DNA of 62,431 nt from a virus. Its lineage: Duplodnaviria > Heunggongvirae > Uroviricota > Caudoviricetes. The stretch spans positions 1 through 62,431 of the IMG/VR virus record IMGVR_UViG_3300012933_000323. One strand, 5' to 3'. Numbering within the stretch: position 1 is the first letter of the stretch; every line of letters begins with the position of its first letter. Below are positions 56,357-62,431 of the stretch, piece by piece. The notes under the pieces were generated by a model. The model did no database searches. It was not told where the DNA came from and saw only the letters and a list, made by a program, of their open reading frames with translations. A program made the position numbers and the translations under genes.

Positions 56357-57793
56357 TTATTTATTTTCAAAAATTCGTTCTGTCCACTCAGTAATCTTAC
56401 CGCGAACAACTTTGTTCAATTCAGTGCCGAAGATATTGATTTCCTCATTCTCTTCCTTAGCTGCTTTGATCAACGTGCTTAAACCGTTCGTGTACTTATT
56501 GATATATGGGTGATCAATCTGACGGTTAGAACCAATACAAACAACCTTTGATTCTTTATCCATACGAGTAAGAACAGTCTGCAAAGATGTCTTAGCAAAG
56601 TTCTGTACTTCGTCAACAATCACGAATGAGCGAGAGATTGTACGACCACGAATAGAACCGTTCCACATTGTTTCAATATTGTAACGTTGTGTTAACTCTT
56701 GAATCTTATCTTCAATTGAGTTGCTTTTATTGTTGTCTGCTTTTTCAGATTTGTCGTGCTTATCGTGTTTATCTGCTTTTTCAGATTTCTCAGGTCTATC
56801 AGATTTCTTTAGTTCTTTTTGAGCAATAAACTCTAATGTATCATACAACGGATAGTTATAGATCTTGAACTTTTCTTCTAAACCTGGTAAGAAACCAACT
56901 TCTTCTGCTTTGTCAACGGATTCAACAGAGTTACGAATATAGATGATCTTGTCGTACTTACCCATACGAACCATTTTCATACCAGCTGCAATAGCAAGCA
57001 ATGTTTTACCAGAACCAGCTAAGGCTTCAATAACACAAACATCAACTCGTTCATCACACATACCAGCCATCGCAAAACGTTGACCCAAGTTCAAAGGCTT
57101 AACTGCTAAACCATGAAAGTCTTCATCATCAATAAAATTAATACATCCATCAATAATATAACCAATTCGTTCATGGCCATCAGATGCAATGAAATGATAG
57201 CAATAATTTTCAGGCTTGTGTTCGCTATCATACCTTAGAATAGGTGCGCCGTCCATGCGAAGACTATCAATGTCATCTAAGTGTAGAACTTTTACGAATT
57301 CGTTTTTGAGCGAATCTTTGTTTCTAGTAAGACCTTCAGCTTGTACATTTAAACTAACTGCGCGTGTACGGCACATAATGTCATTAGACAATAAAACCGT
57401 TTCACTCGGCATCTTATAAAATGTTGTTGCAAATTCAGCTGCTTTAATAATCTTACGATCATTAATGACAGATGGATCTACACCCTGCAACCCATAATCT
57501 TTAAATGAGATGATGTCAATAAAGATGTCTTTAACTCGCAGTGACATGATTGTCACATCTTTCTTTGCACCGGACTTTCGAGTTTTGATAACTTCCGCTT
57601 CAGATAGAATCCTTCCGAATTCTCTAGCTTGGAAATTGATTTCACTAAAACCAGACTTCTTAGCATCCAATTCGTCAATTACCGTTTCTGGTAAAATGAT
57701 CAAATTCTTGCCACTTTGTCCGATTGTGATTAGTTGGTTTGCGTCTTCTAAGATAATGTTAGTATCTAGGACATAGATTTTTTCAAAGTTCAA
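56357..57793 (-). CDS. phoH: PIN domain + PhoH-family ATPase
   Basis: YVLDTNII...VIDELD..K...NDRKII...SNDIMCR (PIN); ALAGSGKT, IRGRTI, VDEVQN, GSNRQID (PhoH). TTG start at 57793 after AAGGA. Confidence 0.9.
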   Translation of the reverse strand: MNFEKIYVLDTNIILEDANQLITIGQSGKNLIILPETVIDELDAKKSGFSEINFQAREFGRILSEAEVIKTRKSGAKKDVTIMSLRVKDIFIDIISFKDYGLQGVDPSVINDRKIIKAAEFATTFYKMPSETVLLSNDIMCRTRAVSLNVQAEGLTRNKDSLKNEFVKVLHLDDIDSLRMDGAPILRYDSEHKPENYCYHFIASDGHERIGYIIDGCINFIDDEDFHGLAVKPLNLGQRFAMAGMCDERVDVCVIEALAGSGKTLLAIAAGMKMVRMGKYDKIIYIRNSVESVDKAEEVGFLPGLEEKFKIYNYPLYDTLEFIAQKELKKSDRPEKSEKADKHDKHDKSEKADNNKSNSIEDKIQELTQRYNIETMWNGSIRGRTISRSFVIVDEVQNFAKTSLQTVLTRMDKESKVVCIGSNRQIDHPYINKYTNGLSTLIKAAKEENEEINIFGTELNKVVRGKITEWTERIFENK

Positions 57794-57803
57794 TTGGTAT
57801 TCC

Positions 57804-58463
57804 TTATAGTGTGAATTTTGAAGAGAGCTCACCTTGTATCTTAGGACGATTAAATTTACCGTTCTCAAAATAAGGTGTCTCAGTAAACTTAACTAGGTAA
57901 TCATTCTGACGAAAGACTCTCCAATTAAGTTCAGATTCGAACCTACCAGGTTCGGTCATATCTTGCGTCTTTTCCAAAAGAATTTGACTAGGTTCTAAAA
58001 AGCCTTTCACGACTGGGTGAACGGCTAAACATACTCTATATTTGTTATTGTAATATTTGCCCATGAACCAAACTTTGCCAGGATAATCTTTAGTAAGTTG
58101 TTCACCTTCTTGTCGGTTTTTAATCGTAAAGAATAATGCGTAGTTTGATAAACGAGCTTCTTTTAAAGGTTCATTTTCAACGAACCTTAGAATGGCTTTA
58201 GCGCCAATATCATTATCTCGTCTTATTAACAAATATTCTTCGTTTGGGCGTAGTGGTAGGACAGCGTTAACCATCCAACGTGACTCGGAATCTGTTGCTA
58301 CATCATAATTGACCATTAACGGCTTCTGATCAAGTTGGAAGTACCAACTGTACGGTGCTTTGATGTTAATGAATTCTTTATACGGCACCTGATTATTTTT
58401 GAGAGCTTCTTTGCACTCATTATAAAACTGGGTGCTGTAATATGGGTCAATGGTAATGAACAT
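57804..58463 (-). CDS. hypothetical protein
   Basis: 219-aa ORF with AAGGA RBS; no family recognised. Confidence 0.7.
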   Translation of the reverse strand: MFITIDPYYSTQFYNECKEALKNNQVPYKEFINIKAPYSWYFQLDQKPLMVNYDVATDSESRWMVNAVLPLRPNEEYLLIRRDNDIGAKAILRFVENEPLKEARLSNYALFFTIKNRQEGEQLTKDYPGKVWFMGKYYNNKYRVCLAVHPVVKGFLEPSQILLEKTQDMTEPGRFESELNWRVFRQNDYLVKFTETPYFENGKFNRPKIQGELSSKFTL

Positions 58464-58481
58464 GAATTCCTTCCTTTGATA

Positions 58482-58856
58482 TTATTTATCTTTGAGATGA
58501 ACCACGTCGTACCTTACTAATGTAACCAGCGCTAACTGGTCAGATTTAATTGTTGCGGTAATAATTCCTTCACCGTCAGGAACAACAAGCAAATTAAATA
58601 GGTACCACGCATTCAAAACCGCAGCATACATTGGTACAAAATTCATCAGAAATGCACTGTAAATCTTAAACCCGGAATTGTACTTCCTGATATAAATTTG
58701 GCGCATTTTGCTAAAAGATATTACTTTTTGTAGTTCTCTCTCAGATAAATTGCCAGCTTTAACTAATGTAAAAATGAATGTACATACGATGGCAACAACA
58801 TTTGAGATTAACCCAAACACAATAAAATCCCATACGACTGGATCAAAGAAGTCCAT
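58482..58856 (-). CDS. small membrane protein
   Basis: Two hydrophobic segments; TAATG overlap with the gp52 stop (start MDFFDP at 58856). Confidence 0.65.
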   Translation of the reverse strand: MDFFDPVVWDFIVFGLISNVVAIVCTFIFTLVKAGNLSERELQKVISFSKMRQIYIRKYNSGFKIYSAFLMNFVPMYAAVLNAWYLFNLLVVPDGEGIITATIKSDQLALVTLVRYDVVHLKDK

Positions 58857-60163
58857 TAGATTTCCTCTGACCAAAGTTGTTGAATAGATTTCTTAATCAA
58901 TTGGTCCAACTCTGATTTCTTTAGTTTAATGTCTGATTCAAGTTTTGTCATACGTTCTTCAGTCAATGACATAATGTTCATATTTAACAGATAATCGTAT
59001 GAATCATCTTTAGCAAGAATGTCTTTTACTTTATCAAGATCCTTAACAATGTCTGCTTTTTTGCGCTTGGACACAATTAAGGTGTTATCGACGATCATTT
59101 TAATGAATAAGTATTTACTATAGTCATAGCGGATTTCCTCCTCTAGACGTCCTTTCATGTGCTCCTTGCGAGCTGTTAGCGATGCTAACTTAACACGAAT
59201 ATAATGATCGATGATTTCCTCGGCGGACTCATAAACTGCAATTTTGTTATTTTCATCAATGACGGTATAGTTCTCAGATACCTTTTTGATAAGTTTAAGG
59301 CGGTTCATCAGTTCATCCAACGGCCATGCCTTTAGATCTTTTGAAGGAACGGTTACTTCAAAGTGGAACTTATCATCTTCTGACTTGTCACGGTAACTTT
59401 GAATTACCTTCTTGTCTTCTAGATCGTCTAGAACATCAATATAGGATTTCAAATCATAACCAATAGGTACTTCTGTAATCTCTACTTTGTTGATACCAGT
59501 GATCTTTAAAACACCTTTGATTAACCACTGTGAACTGTTTTCACCAGCTTCAATTGTACCTTTGAAACCGTTATAGTGAGGAACAAGTTTAACCTTTGGA
59601 GTTTTACCACTTAACTTTGCGGTAATGTACTTCTTAACATCATCTGGGTTACGAGGTAGAATTTTCTGAGCAAAACCAGACGAAACACCTTCACTACCAT
59701 TTACCAAAAGAATTGGTAATGTTGGCACATAAAACATTGGTTCAATCTGCTGCCCTTCAAAGAACTGATGCTTAAGGATAGCGGTGTCATCTTTGCGAAA
59801 TAATTCAAAGAACTGAGATGTGCCGTAAGTGTAAATGTAACGTGATGCAGATGCTTCTTGTGAGAAGCGAGTACCAAAGTTACCTTTCTTCTGCAACAAC
59901 GGGATGTTGTTTGTGCCAGGGAAATCTTGCCCAAGGTTAACAATAACACCATCCATAGAGCCGTGTAAGTACTCAGCAAACTCGGCTACCTTAGAGCCAA
60001 GTTGCGAAACCTTGATCTTCTCTTTAATATTCTTTTCAAGAACAGTGTACAGAATTTTACGAGAAGCATTTTTCTGTCCGTCTACCAATGAAGCGATCTT
60101 TCTGAGGTTATCATAAGATGCTTGGTCAACGTAATCTTTATTAAAGAACTCCGAAATTTTCAT
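58856..60163 (-). CDS. gp52: type II topoisomerase medium subunit (GyrA/ParC-like)
   Basis: DGQK..RKIL; YLHG..S; GNFGTR...ASASRYI (catalytic Tyr); LVNGSEGVSSGFA. Confidence 0.95.
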   Translation of the reverse strand: MKISEFFNKDYVDQASYDNLRKIASLVDGQKNASRKILYTVLEKNIKEKIKVSQLGSKVAEFAEYLHGSMDGVIVNLGQDFPGTNNIPLLQKKGNFGTRFSQEASASRYIYTYGTSQFFELFRKDDTAILKHQFFEGQQIEPMFYVPTLPILLVNGSEGVSSGFAQKILPRNPDDVKKYITAKLSGKTPKVKLVPHYNGFKGTIEAGENSSQWLIKGVLKITGINKVEITEVPIGYDLKSYIDVLDDLEDKKVIQSYRDKSEDDKFHFEVTVPSKDLKAWPLDELMNRLKLIKKVSENYTVIDENNKIAVYESAEEIIDHYIRVKLASLTARKEHMKGRLEEEIRYDYSKYLFIKMIVDNTLIVSKRKKADIVKDLDKVKDILAKDDSYDYLLNMNIMSLTEERMTKLESDIKLKKSELDQLIKKSIQQLWSEEI

Positions 60164-60185
60164 AATTTTTCCTTTCAGTATTGTT

Positions 60186-60207
60186 ATTATAACACAACTT
60201 GATTTAA
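60186..60207 (-). promoter_or_regulatory. promoter TTAA-N12-TATAAT
   Basis: TTAAATCAAGTTGTGTTATAAT between the two topoisomerase genes. Confidence 0.7.
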
Positions 60208-60210
60208 CTC

Positions 60211-62007
60211 TTATAGTTTAGCAATACTGAAGTCATTTGCCAAGATGTACTTTTTGCGAGGTTCTGAGTCATCACCTAACCACTCTTCAATGATTTGATC
60301 ATTGTCGAACTCCAAGATGTTAATCATTTTTGACAATCCATCTTGTTGTACAACATATTTCAAATCTTCAATGTCCCATGAACCCAAACCTTTATAATAG
60401 TTTGATGTTTCACCAGCTTTCAATTTAACGTTGTCGCTAAGGTTGTAGTACCATGCGGTCAATTGATCTTTCTTTGTTACACCGATCACCGGTGTTTGCA
60501 GCATACCGATCTTACCTTTAAGTTCAGGTAGATAGCGTACGAAGAACCCAGTTAACAAACCACGAATGTGGTAACCGTCCAAGTCTTGGTCAGTTGCATA
60601 GATGACGTACTGGTAATCTTCGTTCTGAATGATTTTATACAACTCAGACAGCTCTTTGTTTTCGGTGAACTTCTTTTGTTGTGCTGAGTACGCGTTCAAC
60701 GGTTTACCTTTAAGGGTGTAATAACCGCATTCTTTGCGACCAAGAACTGGTGATAAACCACCAAGAGCAGATTCACCTTCAACCAATAGTAAGTATTTCT
60801 TAACACCGATGGATGGTAAATACTTATCAGATTTGATTTTCTTAACAGTTTTGGTCAACGCTTTTAGATCTTGGCGTTTCTTAAACTCTTCTTTAATGCG
60901 ATAGATTTCAGTGATAGGATCAATGATAGCAGCATTACGGAATAATTTGTTAACGATATTGTCGTATGGAATTTCACCAAAGTATTCATTGATCTCGGCT
61001 GCACCGTTTGTAATCTTTTCTTTAGATTGTGAATTGAACTTTGTGTTCTTTACATTCTTTAGAAATGCAATGATCATTAGTTTATTCTTGATATCGCCAG
61101 GTTTGATTTCTTTGTACTTACGAGCTAGCTTTTCACGAAGGCGAGATACGATCTGATGAGATAGAATGTCGATATGAGTGCCACCATCAGGAATCTTCAA
61201 ACCATTTACATAAGAGAATTGGCGGAAGTCATCTTCGGCATTTGGGAGTACAGCGAAACGATAGTCTTCGGTTTCATGAATTTCAAAATTTTCATTGAAG
61301 AGTGCAACATATTTCTTAAAAGAATTAACATTGATCTTCTTACCGTTGAACTTGAATGTAATGTCAGGGAACGACATGCTTAGGTTAATGAGTCGCTGTT
61401 TGATAACGTTCATGTGAACATCATCAATAGACTTCAAACCAAACTTTTCAAGGTCAGGCCAAAATTTTACATTAACGCCAGTTTCTTTTGAAGGACCTTC
61501 CTTGTCTGTAAAGGAGGCGGCATTGTCCTTGAATGTAATTGTGTATGACTTTTTACCGTCGTCGGTAAAGCCAACAAACTTTTTAGAGAAGCAGTTCGTG
61601 GCGAATGAACCTACACCGTTCATACCAATTTGCGTACGATTGGCATCGTCATCAAAGTTTGAACCAGCACGAGCATGACCCCAAGCAAGTTCAGCTAAGT
61701 AATGTCCGTCAGATCCTTTCATCACTGGAATGCCAGTGCCGTTGTCCTGTACTTCTACGGTGTCATCGGTAATCTTAACAGAGATTTCATTACTTGATTT
61801 GAATTTTGTTTTAATTGCAACGTCAACAGAGTTGTCAATAATTTCATTGATGATCTTGATCAAACCAGGAACATACGCAATTTCCTTGTACACGATCTTG
61901 TCATCTTCAAATACATATTCACTAACCTTTGTAAGGTCAACAGCACCAATGTACATAGACGGGCGCTGAATAATATGTTCACGTTCAGAAAGTTTCTTAA
62001 TAGTCAT
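60211..62007 (-). CDS. gp39: type II topoisomerase large subunit (gp39+gp60 fused, GyrB/ParE-like)
   Basis: EIIDNSVD, DNGTGIP, GMNGVGS (GHKL); VEGESA, LKGK.LN, DQDLDG.HI (TOPRIM); YYKGLGS. Confidence 0.95.
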   Translation of the reverse strand: MTIKKLSEREHIIQRPSMYIGAVDLTKVSEYVFEDDKIVYKEIAYVPGLIKIINEIIDNSVDVAIKTKFKSSNEISVKITDDTVEVQDNGTGIPVMKGSDGHYLAELAWGHARAGSNFDDDANRTQIGMNGVGSFATNCFSKKFVGFTDDGKKSYTITFKDNAASFTDKEGPSKETGVNVKFWPDLEKFGLKSIDDVHMNVIKQRLINLSMSFPDITFKFNGKKINVNSFKKYVALFNENFEIHETEDYRFAVLPNAEDDFRQFSYVNGLKIPDGGTHIDILSHQIVSRLREKLARKYKEIKPGDIKNKLMIIAFLKNVKNTKFNSQSKEKITNGAAEINEYFGEIPYDNIVNKLFRNAAIIDPITEIYRIKEEFKKRQDLKALTKTVKKIKSDKYLPSIGVKKYLLLVEGESALGGLSPVLGRKECGYYTLKGKPLNAYSAQQKKFTENKELSELYKIIQNEDYQYVIYATDQDLDGYHIRGLLTGFFVRYLPELKGKIGMLQTPVIGVTKKDQLTAWYYNLSDNVKLKAGETSNYYKGLGSWDIEDLKYVVQQDGLSKMINILEFDNDQIIEEWLGDDSEPRKKYILANDFSIAKL

Positions 62008-62045
62008 TTCAATCCTTTTTCTTCGAAAGTCATTTTGTTAGTCGT

Positions 62046-62066
62046 ATTATAAACACAACATGTTAA
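62046..62066 (-). promoter_or_regulatory. promoter TTAA-N11-TATAAT
   Basis: TTAACATGTTGTGTTTATAAT upstream of gp39. Confidence 0.6.
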
Positions 62067-62067
62067 T

Positions 62068-62283
62068 TTATATCGCGAACTCCGGGTAACTGTTCTGGAC
62101 TTCTTTAAAAAGTTCCAAGTACTCAGCATTTGTCCTGTCTAAAATCTCAACAGTTTCAGTTAGATCTTTGACTTCATCTTGGAGTTTATCAACGTAATCT
62201 TTGTTGTCTTTAATGATTTCGCAAACTGGACAGTGCCGGCAGTCGTAGCAAACTTCTTCATGTCCATCATCACACAAGTTCAT
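62068..62283 (-). CDS. Cys-rich + coiled-coil small protein ending VQNSYPEFAI
   Basis: C..GH..VCYDCRHCPVC then a heptad region; member of the C-terminal-motif set. Confidence 0.7.
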   Translation of the reverse strand: MNLCDDGHEEVCYDCRHCPVCEIIKDNKDYVDKLQDEVKDLTETVEILDRTNAEYLELFKEVQNSYPEFAI

Positions 62284-62311
62284 TTTTCGTCCTCAATACT
62301 TCGATAAAAAC

Positions 62312-62333
62312 ATTATAACACAGTTTTCATTAA
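62312..62333 (-). promoter_or_regulatory. promoter TTAA-N12-TATAAT
   Basis: TTAATGAAAACTGTGTTATAAT. Confidence 0.7.
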
Positions 62334-62353
62334 ATTTCATGTCATCTGGTCTG

Positions 62354-62361
62354 TATAAATA
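62354..62361 (+). promoter_or_regulatory. T4-type late promoter TATAAATA
   Basis: Exact match on the plus strand upstream of the ATG at 62390. Confidence 0.7.
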
Positions 62362-62389
62362 ATCATAAAACAGACTTTAGGACGAAATT

Positions 62390-62431
62390 ATGTTTCATCA
62401 TGGTACTATAAGAAAATATACAGCCGCTATC
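62390..62431 (+). CDS. gp15: 5' end of probable tail terminator / sheath stabiliser (gp15-like), truncated by the window
   Basis: MFHHGTIRKYTAAI resembles the gp15 N-terminus (F.H..IRKY...FG); only 14 codons visible. Confidence 0.55.
   Translation, partial: MFHHGTIRKYTAAI

Noticed and set aside
10-61969. Many short ORF-track entries antisense to or nested within long genes (e.g. 741-989, 5089-5340, 22609-23073, 27889-28263, 37649-38068, 53714-54169)
   Set aside because: They are shadow frames of well-supported genes, with no RBS, promoter or recognisable motif.
1-62431. tRNA/rRNA genes, introns, inteins, homing endonucleases
   Set aside because: No cloverleaf-like gap was found; ligase, topoisomerase, primase and helicases have normal lengths with no visible insertions. 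Checked by eye only.

Overview
A 62.4-kb, AT-rich, almost entirely minus-strand segment of a large T4-like contractile-tailed phage genome. Left part (1-29.7 kb): a long array of tail-fibre/adhesin-like and virion accessory genes (Gly-rich, C1q-like, fibrinogen-like, LamG-like, Kelch-like modules). It is interrupted by two enzyme cassettes: (i) a membrane transporter, a DUF6065-like protein and a U32-like Fe-S/methyltransferase fusion; (ii) a nucleotidyltransferase-cupin, two GT32-type glycosyltransferases, an FkbM methyltransferase and a flavin-dependent halogenase-like gene. Middle (29.7-38.6 kb): two tail-sheath paralogues, portal, neck gp14/gp13, gp4, a probable small terminase and GroES. 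Right (38.6-62.4 kb): DNA ligase, HAD phosphatase, UvsW, a UL9-like origin-binding helicase, a capsid paralogue, a Cas4-like nuclease, DsbA-like protein, primase, RNase H, gp32, gp45, a ParM/StbA actin-like ATPase, PIN-PhoH, topoisomerase gp52 and gp39, and the start of gp15. T4-type late promoters (TATAAATA) mark the structural genes. A second motif, TTAA-N(10-12)-TATAAT, occurs ten times in the replication half and, with gene content resembling Campylobacter myoviruses, suggests a Campylobacterota host (inference). Most notable: six otherwise unrelated small proteins all end in the same 10-residue C-terminal motif ([LFV]xxx[YFH][PA]Ex[FLIA]I-stop); an actin-like ATPase is preceded by two paralogous candidate adaptors; and a U32-methyltransferase fusion sits among fibre genes. 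All family assignments come from visual motif recognition; no database searches were run.
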